From Pseudomonadota bacterium (GTDB taxonomy: Bacteria; Bdellovibrionota; Bdellovibrionia; Bdellovibrionales; Bdellovibrionaceae): a stretch of DNA of 64,000 bases. Positions 9,020 through 18,695 of this stretch are shown here, piece by piece. The position numbers and the translations under genes were made by a program. The notes beneath the pieces were generated by a model. The model had not been told where the DNA came from. It searched no databases and worked only from the letters and a program-made list of their open reading frames with translations. Each line of letters starts with the position of its first letter. Position 1 is the stretch's first letter. The stretch spans positions 128,001 through 192,000 of the forward strand of contig JBEGVH010000016.1 in assembly GCA_041178425.1 (NCBI GenBank), given 5' to 3'.

Positions 9020-10747
9020 CTAAGTATCTTGGTACTTAGGTCCGCCGCCACCCTCTGGTGGAGTCCAATCGATATTTTCAAAAGGACATTTTATATCACA
9101 AGTCTTACAGTGAATACAGTTTGTATAATTAATTTGTAAATCAAACTGCCCTGAGTACTTAGCCGAAGGCACCATTTCGTAGACACTGGCGGGACAAAAA
9201 TGAGTACAAGGCGATTTAAACTTACTTTCACAGGCCGTGCGACAAATATCGCCATTCTGCAAATGTAAATGATTTGGAGAATCTTCATCATGACTCGTAC
9301 CGGTAAGATAAACACTGCCGAGTTTATCAAAAAACAGTTTTCCATCAGGTTTTGGTAATTTATTGGCCTCTTCCTCGATTCCACTTGGCCCCCAAACATC
9401 AACAACCGATTCAGTTGTTTTAAAATCGGCCTCAACTGGCATAGGATCAACGAGTCCACGCCCTCCGGTCAGTTCTTGAATTGCAATCTGCGGCATTCCT
9501 GCCCACATTCCCTGACTGAGTGCCTGGTGAAAATTACGTACCCTGTAAAGTTCTTGAGTTATAAAGCTATCACGAACGAGTGATTCATAGGCACTCAATT
9601 GCTTTTCCGAGAAATCGTTGTTTAAGAGAGCTTTGACTAAGCTTTCTGCAGCTAACATCCCCGACTTCATCGCAAGATGGATCCCCTTTAACTTTTGCAC
9701 GTCAACCATCGAAGCTGAATCGCCGCATACAAGAAAACCGCTACCAAAGAGTTTTGGCATTGAATACCATCCTCCAGCCGGTAGAGTTTTGCCACCATAA
9801 GACACAACCGTTCCACCTTCTAGCATTTTGGCAATGAATGGATGTGTTTTAAGCTTTTGAAGCTCTCGGTGCGGATCAAGGAGTGGGTCGTGAGTATCTA
9901 AATAGGCGACCAATCCCAAAACAATTTTATCCTCGGGGAGAGTATAAATAAAAGTTCCACCGATAGATTTAGAAAGCGGAAAGCCCATGGTGTGAATAAC
10001 TTGCCCCGCCTCAACGGTGCCAGCCGGCATTTGAATGACCTCTTTTACTCCTTCTTCAAAGACCTCGGGGTTCTTACTGGCACGAAGATTGAGTTTCTTT
10101 TGAACGGTTTTAAAGAGAGATCCGCGAGTTCCTTCTGCAAAAATTGTGGCCTTTGCCTTTAAAATTAATCCGGGCTCGAAGTTGGATTTTGGTTTACCAA
10201 ACTTATCTCGACCCTTGTCACCTGTGCGAACTCCAACGATTTGGTCTCCCTCATAAATGACTTCAACGGCAGCAAATCCAGGAAAGATGTTAATGCCCTT
10301 CTCTTCACATTTTTGACCTAACCAGCGATTAAACTTACTGAGAGAGATAAGATAGTTTCCCTCATTGTGAAAAGGTGGTGGGGTTATTGGAAGTTTAATG
10401 GCCTTTTCTTCACCGAGGTAATAAACGGCATCTTTTTTAACTTCAGATTCTATAGGGCAACCCTGCTCTTTATAGTCAGGCATCAACTCTTGAAGTGCCG
10501 ATGGCTTAAGAACCGCGCCCGAAAAACTGTGCGCCCCAATTTCAGCTGCTTTTTCTAAAACCACAATCATCGGGTCAGCGATGACATCACCCGGAATTTT
10601 TCCTGCTTGAACCGATTCGTTATGTAGATCAATTTGGTTTTTCAGGTGCAAGGCCGCAGATAGCCCGGCGACTCCTCCGCCTACAATAAGAATGTCGACG
10701 TCCATTGTATCTCGGACAACCCCTTCTGGTAGTTCATCGGTAACCAT
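9020..10747 (-). CDS. Electron transfer flavoprotein-ubiquinone oxidoreductase
   Basis: GGGVAG FAD motif, KGIHLAMKSG, 4Fe-4S motif CPASVYE...NCIHCKTCDIKCP, PEGGGGP. Start at ATG 10747 after GGAGGAGG. Confidence 0.96.
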   Translation of the reverse strand: MVTDELPEGVVRDTMDVDILIVGGGVAGLSAALHLKNQIDLHNESVQAGKIPGDVIADPMIVVLEKAAEIGAHSFSGAVLKPSALQELMPDYKEQGCPIESEVKKDAVYYLGEEKAIKLPITPPPFHNEGNYLISLSKFNRWLGQKCEEKGINIFPGFAAVEVIYEGDQIVGVRTGDKGRDKFGKPKSNFEPGLILKAKATIFAEGTRGSLFKTVQKKLNLRASKNPEVFEEGVKEVIQMPAGTVEAGQVIHTMGFPLSKSIGGTFIYTLPEDKIVLGLVAYLDTHDPLLDPHRELQKLKTHPFIAKMLEGGTVVSYGGKTLPAGGWYSMPKLFGSGFLVCGDSASMVDVQKLKGIHLAMKSGMLAAESLVKALLNNDFSEKQLSAYESLVRDSFITQELYRVRNFHQALSQGMWAGMPQIAIQELTGGRGLVDPMPVEADFKTTESVVDVWGPSGIEEEANKLPKPDGKLFFDKLGSVYLTGTSHDEDSPNHLHLQNGDICRTACESKFKSPCTHFCPASVYEMVPSAKYSGQFDLQINYTNCIHCKTCDIKCPFENIDWTPPEGGGGPKYQDT

Positions 10748-10809
10748 GATCCCTCCTCCGAATTTGAATACAGAGTCTTTGGTTATCAAGACTGACTTTA
10801 GGAGTCTAT

Positions 10810-11136
10810 TTAAAATTCATCGTCAAAGACGGCTGTCTCGAAATTTTCTTTATTTCCACCCATTTTACGAGTCGGTTTGCTCAATTGAGATTGCACCTCG
10901 AGATCTTCTTCATCACGGGCACCCGGATAATTTTTTTCTTGAATCACCCGTGTAATCAAAGAGTCATCTTCTCCCGCAGGGTCTCTCAAACTCTCCCCAT
11001 CCGAAGAAGCAGCCGGCTGCCGTGCTACACTCTCTTCATCATTTACCGCATTTTCATTAACTGAAACTTCTTGAGCTTGAGCCAATAAAACGAACACCAA
11101 TAGCGATGCAATTATAGTCAATAAATAAGCCTTCAC
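10810..11136 (-). CDS. Hypothetical secreted acidic protein
   Basis: Signal peptide (AQA); GTG start overlaps the upstream gene's stop. Confidence 0.75.
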   Translation of the reverse strand: MKAYLLTIIASLLVFVLLAQAQEVSVNENAVNDEESVARQPAASSDGESLRDPAGEDDSLITRVIQEKNYPGARDEEDLEVQSQLSKPTRKMGGNKENFETAVFDDEF

Positions 11137-11972
11137 GTTTGTGACTCCCTTACTCCACGTCTGTGATTAACCATAGGAATTTGCTCCCTCACCTTACGAA
11201 TTTTATCTTTACTCAGGTGAACAATGCGAACGCCTTCTGATTCACCTAAATCAGCCTCGATATTACCCCATGGATCAATTGCTAAACTATGGCCAAAGGT
11301 GCGTCGCTCAGCCTGTGATTTAGTACTATTGTGGGTTCCCACCTGTGCACTAGCGACAACATAACATTGGCTTTCAATGGCGCGCGCGCGTAAAAGAATT
11401 TCCCAATGCGCCCTACCTGTTTCTACCAGAAATGCAGACGGAACAAGAACAAGGTCGGCTTGGGCATAGGCGTAGCCTGAGTAGAGTTCGCTGAAACGCA
11501 TATCATAACAGATGCTCTCACCAACTCTCCATCCATTAAAATCACGCAGTTTTCCTGATAGGCCCCTAGAAAACACTGCCGATTCACGAATCGGCTTTTG
11601 CCCCTCAAGCTCAATATCAAAGAGATGCATTTTCTGATAACCGACCTGAGGAACACCATCTTCGGCAAACCAAACAGATGAATTATAAAGTTTTCCTTCA
11701 ATAAACAAAGGGACCGACCCCAAGTGAATGGTCGTCTTGAGTCTACGAGCCCACTCTCCTAACCACATAAAACAAGAATGGCTGAGATCAAACTTTTCGA
11801 CAGAATCTGATTCTCTAATCCTCATAAACAGACAGTTTTCGGGAAAACAGACGAGATCTATGGAGCCAGGCTTTAGCGAGGAAAAGACGACTTCAAATTT
11901 ATGTAAATTGGTCGCCAACGAATCGACAGAGGTCATCTGAACAATAGCGACAGCAATCGAATCTTTCGACAT
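11133..11972 (-). CDS. Carbon-nitrogen hydrolase (Nit1-like amidase)
   Basis: Catalytic E-K-C in FPE, YQKMHLFD and ICYDMRF; also HWEILLRARAIE and FGHS..IDPWG. Confidence 0.94.
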   Translation of the reverse strand: MSKDSIAVAIVQMTSVDSLATNLHKFEVVFSSLKPGSIDLVCFPENCLFMRIRESDSVEKFDLSHSCFMWLGEWARRLKTTIHLGSVPLFIEGKLYNSSVWFAEDGVPQVGYQKMHLFDIELEGQKPIRESAVFSRGLSGKLRDFNGWRVGESICYDMRFSELYSGYAYAQADLVLVPSAFLVETGRAHWEILLRARAIESQCYVVASAQVGTHNSTKSQAERRTFGHSLAIDPWGNIEADLGESEGVRIVHLSKDKIRKVREQIPMVNHRRGVRESQT

Positions 11973-12037
11973 TCGGGACTCCCCTCACAGAAACCTTTGT
12001 TATAGGATTTCTACGGGCGAGATTAAAGTCAAAATGT

Positions 12038-12364
12038 TTAATATTGGGTCACGCCGCTAGAAGAAATGTCGCGACATCTCCATCCGGCACTAATGAGTGT
12101 ATCTTTGATTTGACTAATGACATCTGAACAGAATTGATCGCCTTTTGAATCGGCGACCTTAGAATCGAGACCTTCTTTGCTGTACCAAGCTCGACAGGCA
12201 CTTTCTTTTACTTCAACCCTAAGCGTACGAACTTCTTCACCACGGCGACAGAGCCAGTAGGATTGAAAAGTCCCTGCCTCAGCAGTGCTTGTCACCAAGC
12301 CTAAAGCAATAAAAAAGACCCAGAGGACTGTTGCCATTAGAACTTTACCCTGAGCCTTTTTCAT
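12038..12364 (-). CDS. Hypothetical secreted Cys-containing protein
   Basis: Signal peptide (AEA), four Cys, SD AGAGG. Confidence 0.75.
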   Translation of the reverse strand: MKKAQGKVLMATVLWVFFIALGLVTSTAEAGTFQSYWLCRRGEEVRTLRVEVKESACRAWYSKEGLDSKVADSKGDQFCSDVISQIKDTLISAGWRCRDISSSGVTQY

Positions 12365-12406
12365 AAATTACCTCTATTGTTTGAGCCCCCCCCAAACGAT
12401 AAAAGA

Positions 12407-12676
12407 TTACTTCTTAGCTTTTGCTTTAGACTTAGTCTCTTTTTTAGCTTTGGGAGCGGCTTTTTTACCTTCTACCAATTGCACGTTTGAGTAATCGATG
12501 AATCCTTCTTTCTTAAGAAGACCATCTTTTTTGTCATAGTGAGTCATAACTTTAACGCCTTGAACCTTAATTTTCATGTTCACAGCATCTACCGCTAATA
12601 CTTCGCCTGTTTTACCCTTGTCAGAACCAGTGATAACTTTTACAGAATCACCCTTTTTAATCTTTAACTTTGCCAT
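12407..12676 (-). CDS. rplX: 50S ribosomal protein L24
   Basis: KOW motif IKKGDSVKVITGSDKGKTGEV and KEGFIDYSNV. Confidence 0.95.
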   Translation of the reverse strand: MAKLKIKKGDSVKVITGSDKGKTGEVLAVDAVNMKIKVQGVKVMTHYDKKDGLLKKEGFIDYSNVQLVEGKKAAPKAKKETKSKAKAKK

Positions 12677-12687
12677 TTTCTAACCTC

Positions 12688-12987
12688 TTACTGAGCCGCT
12701 GGCTTCTTTTTAGAAATTTTTCTCTTAATACGACGCTTGATTTCCAAAGCTTTAGCCGACAAAGAGTCTTCTTTTTGGTTAAGCAAGTAAACATCAAACC
12801 CACCAACATGTTCCATAGAACGGATGGCGTGAGTCGAAACTTTTAATGAAACCATTTGGTTTAAAGCACGACTAAATAGGCGTTTTTGTTGAACATTTGG
12901 AAGCGCTGTTGACTTCGTCTTAATGTTCGAGTGGCTCACCAAGTTTTTTACTACGGGACCCTTGCCAGTTAATTCACAACGGCTCAT
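12688..12987 (-). CDS. rpmB: 50S ribosomal protein L28
   Basis: MSRCELTGK...VSHSNIKTK...PNVQ; GGFD tail. Confidence 0.96.
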   Translation of the reverse strand: MSRCELTGKGPVVKNLVSHSNIKTKSTALPNVQQKRLFSRALNQMVSLKVSTHAIRSMEHVGGFDVYLLNQKEDSLSAKALEIKRRIKRKISKKKPAAQ

Positions 12988-13150
12988 GGCTATCTCCTCT
13001 ATATCAAATTGCAGACTTTTCGGCCTTGAAAGACAACTCTATAAAGTAAAAAGACTCTTGTTGGCAACCGAAATTTGTAGTAGAACCCTACCGAAATAGA
13101 GATTTTATTGGTCGGCCTACGACCTTATAGCTAAAGATTGAGGACAAAAA

Positions 13151-13411
13151 ATGGCAAAGAACAAGTATCGCACAGAGTACACTGGTGATCATAATTTTGA
13201 TTATAAAGACCCTATCACTCTCACTCGCTTCATTGGCGACGGTGGAAAGCTGGTGCCTTCTCGCATCTCTAAGCTATCAGTTGCACAACAGAAACAAGTT
13301 GCTTCTGCTGTGAAGAAAGCTCGTAATCTTGGCCTACTTCCTACTGGAGCTGATGCCTACGATACTTTCAACAGAGCTGAGTCTATCTCACCAGCTCCAT
13401 TTGAAATCTAA
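13151..13411 (+). CDS. rpsR: 30S ribosomal protein S18
   Basis: DYKD...L.RFI...GK..P.R...Q.Q...AVKKAR.LGLLP. Confidence 0.95.
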   Translation: MAKNKYRTEYTGDHNFDYKDPITLTRFIGDGGKLVPSRISKLSVAQQKQVASAVKKARNLGLLPTGADAYDTFNRAESISPAPFEI

Positions 13412-13433
13412 TTCTCAATTGAAAAGATTTTTA

Positions 13434-13470
13434 AAATAAAAAAGGAAGCTCAAGGCTTCCTTTTTTATTT
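13434..13470 (+). terminator. Bidirectional intrinsic terminator
   Basis: AAATAAAAAAGGAAGC-TCAAG-GCTTCCTTTTTTATTT perfect inverted repeat. Confidence 0.9.
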
Positions 13471-13536
13471 TCGGACACATGCGTACTAATTCTCGGACTT
13501 TTCGGACTCCAATAGCTAACAGAGCCTAGAAGAGCC

Positions 13537-13552
13537 GGGCCCCTCTCTTGCT
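13537..13552 (+). promoter_or_regulatory. Putative sigma54 -24/-12 promoter
   Basis: GGGCCC-CTCTC-TTGCT fits GG-N10-GC spacing, 39 nt before ATG 13591. Confidence 0.5.
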
Positions 13553-13590
13553 GATAATCCAAAGCAACTCATTAAAAAGAGAGGGTCATC

Positions 13591-13791
13591 ATGACGCCAA
13601 AAATTTTAAAAATTGAACTTATCCAACTTATAGAATTTGGACTCAACCCCTTTCAGTGGATTCCCATTGAAGAGGGCGACAGAGGAGTCGAATTAATTCA
13701 TATTGATGATCCAGAATTAAAGGTTATTGCTAAAATGGAATCCCACACCCAAAAGTCGGCAAAAATAACTCATCTTGAGTGGATTTTATGA
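13591..13791 (+). CDS. Small hypothetical protein
   Basis: 66-aa ORF with SD GAGAGGG that fills the intergenic gap. Confidence 0.65.
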   Translation: MTPKILKIELIQLIEFGLNPFQWIPIEEGDRGVELIHIDDPELKVIAKMESHTQKSAKITHLEWIL

Positions 13792-13797
13792 TCAAGA

Positions 13798-14394
13798 TTA
13801 AAGCACAGCATCACAACGAACCGAAAAAAGGCTTCGCCAATAACCTTCTTCAAATTTTAGCTCCGAAACATGAGGCAGACCCGACAGGGTCTTTCGCACA
13901 AAGGCTTCCCACTCCTCGTCCGTCATAGTCCTCTTGACGTACTCCTGAATTTTACAAAAAACAGATAATTCTGACGGAGTCATCCAACCAAAAACAGCTG
14001 GGCCCGATTCGGGCACTTTATCCCCCCAGGCAACTTTGATCATCAACACCATGGAGTTAGTGAGCACTTTTCTTAGCCATTCCTGAGTTACCAGTCGATC
14101 TGTGCACTCATAAGGAGCACTTTGAATATCAGTCAGCGCCAACCTCAGAGCTTCATGAAACTCAACACACCCGCCGTAACTTTTAGACTCCTGACAGGAC
14201 TTTGCCGCCCGAGCCCATAGACTATTAATGCGGCCTCTGAGTGAACTTAATCGACCAGATTGTGACTTCATCAAAACTTCTAACTGCGCATCACAAACAT
14301 CTTTGGGAGGTTCATTCAGCATTATAAACAATGAAGCCCCGACAATGACGACAAAAACCAATATCGATGGCGGTATTTTTTTTAATAATTCCAT
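13798..14394 (-). CDS. Hypothetical membrane-anchored protein
   Basis: N-terminal TM helix followed by a domain with six Cys. Confidence 0.8.
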   Translation of the reverse strand: MELLKKIPPSILVFVVIVGASLFIMLNEPPKDVCDAQLEVLMKSQSGRLSSLRGRINSLWARAAKSCQESKSYGGCVEFHEALRLALTDIQSAPYECTDRLVTQEWLRKVLTNSMVLMIKVAWGDKVPESGPAVFGWMTPSELSVFCKIQEYVKRTMTDEEWEAFVRKTLSGLPHVSELKFEEGYWRSLFSVRCDAVL

Positions 14395-14467
14395 TCTTTA
14401 ATAGTGCCCACGGATTGAGCCATGAGAAACATCATTTTCAAAAAAAATGCGCTAACTATAATTGAAT

Positions 14468-14496
14468 TTGACAATGCCAGAAAGGTTTCATAAGTT
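14468..14496 (+). promoter_or_regulatory. sigma70 promoter of tRNA-Pro
   Basis: TTGACA-17 nt-TAAGTT, 17 nt upstream of the tRNA. Confidence 0.7.
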
Positions 14497-14507
14497 CGCA
14501 GACTCTT

Positions 14508-14592
<85 letters not shown>

Positions 14593-14640
14593 CTTCTGAA
14601 CCTAAAAATAATTCATTCGTTAGAAACTAAGCCCCTCAAT

Positions 14641-14994
14641 TCAGCAAGGCCCCTGCTTAGCACACCTAATATTCAGCTTTCTGGATGCCTCCGTTAGGCT
14701 ACCTAGGTTTTCAAGATCTTTAAATCCCATATCTCTCATTACCCCAAGCGCCTTTCCAGAGCGATTACCGGAACGACAATAAATCTTAAAAACTTTATTT
14801 TTATCTAATTTTTCAACTTCACCCTTAAAAGTGGGGCTTAGGAAATCTATATTCATCGCTCCAACTAGGTGATTGTCATTGAATTCAACAGGTGTTCTGA
14901 CATCTAAAATTAGAAATTCTTTGGCATGCGATAAATTAAAAATGTTTAATATCAAGCCAATGAGTCCAATGGCTATTTTTTTCTTTGATAACAT
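14641..14994 (-). CDS. Rhodanese-like domain protein (exported)
   Basis: LDVRTPVEF, HLVGA.NI and active-site YCRSGNRS; signal peptide. Confidence 0.93.
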   Translation of the reverse strand: MLSKKKIAIGLIGLILNIFNLSHAKEFLILDVRTPVEFNDNHLVGAMNIDFLSPTFKGEVEKLDKNKVFKIYCRSGNRSGKALGVMRDMGFKDLENLGSLTEASRKLNIRCAKQGPC

Positions 14995-15041
14995 AATTTT
15001 CCTCGCTGATGGAGCTTGGGCTCAATTCGCTCTTGCTGCAA

Positions 15042-16247
15042 TTAAACGACCACGCGAGTATTAATAGAACGACCAAGGCGTGAGATTTCCTTGGCCACCC
15101 GATCAGCCTCAGCTTTTTCAAGATCCATAACAAGATAACCAATATTAGAATCGGTGGCTAAGTACTGTCCTAGGATGTTCGCACCCGCTCCCGAAACAAT
15201 TCCATTAATCTCACTCAACACACCTGGTTCATTTCGGTGAACATTCAATATTCTTCTGCAACCTCGGTGTATAGGCAAATCAACGTTCGGAAAATTTACA
15301 GACCCGGTCGTTGACCCATTTTTTACAAAATGGGTCAAACTCTGCGCCACCTCAACACCAATATTGTACTGAGCTTCTTCTGTGCTTCCACCAATATGAG
15401 GCGTTAAAATAACGTTTGAAAGTCCCTGTAGTTCAGATACAAATTTTTCTTTATTGGATGCCGGTTCTAAAGGAAAAACATCAATGGCCGCTCCCAATAA
15501 ATGCTTCTCTTTTAGGGCCGCAGCAAGTGCCTCAATCACAACAACCGTTCCACGACTGGCATTAATTAAGTAAGAGCCATACTTCATGATACCAAGTTCT
15601 CTTTGTCCGATCATATCTTTTGTTTGAGGGGTTTCAGGAACATGAAGACTGACGAAATCAGCCTGAGCAAGAACATCCTCAATCGTCGACATGGCTTGGG
15701 CATTACCCAGTGGAAGCTTTTTTATGACGTCATAAAATATGACTTTAAGTCCTAACGCCTCAGCAAGAACGCTTAGTTGAGAACCAATATGCCCATAACC
15801 GATGATTCCCAAAGTCTTACCCCGAACCTCGCGAGAACCGACTGCCGACTTAATCCAATCACCTTTGTGAGCACCAGTATTGCGATCACCTAATTGACGA
15901 GAAAGTGCAATGATTTCGGCAATCACAAGCTCGGCAACACTGCGAGTATTGCTATAAGGGGCATTAAAAACGGGAACACCCCTTCGATTAGACATCTCTA
16001 AATCAATTTGGTTTGTACCAATGCAAAAAGCGCCCACTGCCAATAAATGGCCATTCTCCTGAAAAAAACGTTCGCTCAAAAAGGTTTTAGAGCGGATTCC
16101 AAGGACTTGATATTGTGGGGCCAAACGAAAAAGTTCTGCCTCATCAGGAGCATGTGGCAGGAGCGTAACCTCAAATCCTGCCGCCTCCAAATGTTCTCTG
16201 GCCACATTGTGAATCGCTTCGACGAGTAATACTTTAGTTGTTTTCAT
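15042..16247 (-). CDS. serA: D-3-phosphoglycerate dehydrogenase
   Basis: GAFCIGTNQ, NTRSVAE, GYGHIG, INASRG, LTPHIGGST and a C-terminal ACT domain. Confidence 0.97.
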   Translation of the reverse strand: MKTTKVLLVEAIHNVAREHLEAAGFEVTLLPHAPDEAELFRLAPQYQVLGIRSKTFLSERFFQENGHLLAVGAFCIGTNQIDLEMSNRRGVPVFNAPYSNTRSVAELVIAEIIALSRQLGDRNTGAHKGDWIKSAVGSREVRGKTLGIIGYGHIGSQLSVLAEALGLKVIFYDVIKKLPLGNAQAMSTIEDVLAQADFVSLHVPETPQTKDMIGQRELGIMKYGSYLINASRGTVVVIEALAAALKEKHLLGAAIDVFPLEPASNKEKFVSELQGLSNVILTPHIGGSTEEAQYNIGVEVAQSLTHFVKNGSTTGSVNFPNVDLPIHRGCRRILNVHRNEPGVLSEINGIVSGAGANILGQYLATDSNIGYLVMDLEKAEADRVAKEISRLGRSINTRVVV

Positions 16248-16392
16248 AACTTATAACCTACCATTTATATGGTCTTCACTCAAATACGAGAATCTATAAA
16301 AATTTAACCCCTAACATAGTGCAAAATTTGTTTAGTTGGGGTATTGTACTGCTGTGGGGGCTAAAAGGTTTTAACTATAGGAGCCCCTATTC

Positions 16393-17736
16393 ATGAACCC
16401 TTATTACCACCTTCTCCTCGTTGATGATGATTCACTGCTACATTCTTCAATTAAAGCGATTTTACCCTCACATTGGAAAATCATCTATGCTCCAGAAGCT
16501 CCTTCGGTAAATTACTCTTTCTCTTATCATGCGGCTTTTATAGATATGCATTTACAGAGAAATTCTATTGTGGCATCAGGCCTTAAAGTGATTGAAAAAC
16601 TCCGCAAATCTCAGCCCCATTTAGACGTCGTCGCCATATCTGGAGATATTTCAATAGAGCTTATGGAGCAAGGGCTTGCCGCTGGAGCGCAGCGATTTCT
16701 CAGCAAACCCCTCATGGCTGATGAGTTTCTTCTTCACCTATCGAAAATTGAAGCTCTTGTGCAAATTCGAACCGCCTCACTCAACCCAGAATCTCAAGGG
16801 CCTCGCTGGGTCGGACAGTCGCCTGAATCGATTCGAATTCGCGAAGAAATAGCCTCTCTCAGAGGTGAAGGCGGTCCCATCTTGATCTTTGGAGAATCGG
16901 GTTCCGGAAAAGAAGTAGTTTCGAGAATTCTTCATGCTCAAGAAGGCCGTGGTCCTTTGATTTCAGTTAACATGGCCGGAATTAGTGAAAACCTTTTTGA
17001 ATCGGAGTTTTTCGGACACCTCAAAGGCGCCTTTACCGGTGCCGATTCTAACAAAATCGGACTCATTGAGGCCGCATCGGGTGGAGATCTTTTTCTTGAT
17101 GAAATAGAAGCTCTACCAATCGGGCTTCAAGCCAAATTACTTCGTTTTTTGGAATCGGGAGAATTTAAAAAGGTAGGAAGTAAAGAACTTCAGGTTGCCA
17201 GTTGCCGAGTCATATGTGCGACCAATCGCGATCTGAGCAAAATGGTCCGAGATGGACAATTTCGAGAAGACCTTTACTGGCGAATTTCCGGCAAAAAAGT
17301 CTGCCTGACTCCACTTCGAATGCGAAAAAAAGATATCGTTGATCTTGCCGAACACTTTGTTTCGATCGATCGTCCAAAAAGAAATAAAAAATTTGCTCTC
17401 GATGGACTTGCCGCTCTCGAAGCCTATTCTTGGCCAGGAAATGTGCGGGAGTTAAAACGCGTCTGCGAACAGTTGTGTCTCACCAGCCCACTCCCTCTGA
17501 TTCGAGGAGTCGATGTTAAATCAATCGTTTCGTCTGATAACATCACAACCTCCGAAACATCGATTGATTTTTCAATAGGCCTCGGTGAACTTGTGGATCG
17601 CTTCGAAGCGAATGTAATAAAAAAATCATTGGCAAACTTCGATCATGATATTGATAAATTAACAGAGGTTTTAAAAATCTCGCGATCAAGTCTCTACAAG
17701 AAAATCAAAGACTATGAAATTGAAATTAAATCGTGA
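16393..17736 (+). CDS. sigma54-dependent response regulator (REC-AAA+-HTH, NtrC family)
   Basis: LLVDDD receiver, Walker A GESGSGKE, intact GAFTGA, LFLDEI, WPGNVREL and a Fis-type HTH. Confidence 0.96.
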   Translation: MNPYYHLLLVDDDSLLHSSIKAILPSHWKIIYAPEAPSVNYSFSYHAAFIDMHLQRNSIVASGLKVIEKLRKSQPHLDVVAISGDISIELMEQGLAAGAQRFLSKPLMADEFLLHLSKIEALVQIRTASLNPESQGPRWVGQSPESIRIREEIASLRGEGGPILIFGESGSGKEVVSRILHAQEGRGPLISVNMAGISENLFESEFFGHLKGAFTGADSNKIGLIEAASGGDLFLDEIEALPIGLQAKLLRFLESGEFKKVGSKELQVASCRVICATNRDLSKMVRDGQFREDLYWRISGKKVCLTPLRMRKKDIVDLAEHFVSIDRPKRNKKFALDGLAALEAYSWPGNVRELKRVCEQLCLTSPLPLIRGVDVKSIVSSDNITTSETSIDFSIGLGELVDRFEANVIKKSLANFDHDIDKLTEVLKISRSSLYKKIKDYEIEIKS

Positions 17737-17767
17737 CGAGGCACGAATCTGCGGCTAGCTTTATTGA

Positions 17768-18685
17768 ATGAACACAGCAGCTTGGTCGAGCCCCGTCTAT
17801 CAACAAACAGTCTTAATAGTACTGGGATTTCTTTTTTGCTCAGGAGCCTTGATTTATTTCTTTAGAAAAAAGAATTATTACTTTGTGGTCTCATGGGCGA
17901 GCATAAAGAGCTGGCTCATTGCCGCCCCAATTCTTTTTGGAATCATCGGAGCTCCAGAACCTATTCCTCTTATCGCACTCACATTTCTTGGAATTTTTGG
18001 TGCTAAAATATTTTTTCAAATCCTAGGAATGTATCACCACACATGGTTTGTCTCTATTTGCTATGCAGGTATTGTTGGATTGGGCATTAGTGTTGCTTAT
18101 GAAAGAATCGACCTATTTAATCTAATGCCAATGCTTGTTCTAGGGGCCTCCTGGTTTGTACCCATCGCTAGAAATCGTTTTAAACATATGATCCAATATG
18201 TCTCTCTAACGATGATGTGTTTTATCTTTTTAGGCTGGAGCTTTATGCACGCTGGTCTTATTATGAAATTCCAAGACGGCATTTATCAGCTGATGTACCT
18301 GATCATTCTTACCGAATTTTGCGATAACACTATTTTGGCGATTAGTCGATACGTAGGAAGAATACGATTTGTGGATAAAATCAATCCTCGCCGAACTCTC
18401 GAGAGCACGGGCATAAGTATTTTTCTCACGATGGCATTAGCGTTCTCTATGAGACACTTGCTTCCTGCGGCCGGAGAGAAATATTGGCACATTGCTGGTC
18501 TAATTGCGGGGCTTGGCGGTGGATTTGGTGATCTCGCTATGACGGTTGTCCGTCGAGACATTGGAATTAGAGACTACGGGGTTTTCATTTTGGGTAGAGG
18601 TGATTTCTTAAACCGAATGGATCGCTTGATTTTTGTTTGTCCCATTTATTACTACGTCATGCATTACGTGGCTCATATGTTGTAG
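17768..18685 (+). CDS. Phosphatidate cytidylyltransferase family membrane protein
   Basis: Polytopic; INPRRTLE, FGDL...VRRD.GIRDYG...G.G..L.RMD, a variant of the CdsA/YnbB signature. Confidence 0.88.
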   Translation: MNTAAWSSPVYQQTVLIVLGFLFCSGALIYFFRKKNYYFVVSWASIKSWLIAAPILFGIIGAPEPIPLIALTFLGIFGAKIFFQILGMYHHTWFVSICYAGIVGLGISVAYERIDLFNLMPMLVLGASWFVPIARNRFKHMIQYVSLTMMCFIFLGWSFMHAGLIMKFQDGIYQLMYLIILTEFCDNTILAISRYVGRIRFVDKINPRRTLESTGISIFLTMALAFSMRHLLPAAGEKYWHIAGLIAGLGGGFGDLAMTVVRRDIGIRDYGVFILGRGDFLNRMDRLIFVCPIYYYVMHYVAHML

Positions 18686-18695
18686 GTAATGCCAA

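Noticed and set aside
12988..13150. Zur box controlling Zn-free L28/S18 paralogs
   Set aside because: No Zur-like AT-rich palindrome recognised; only a short GGTCG/CGACC hairpin.
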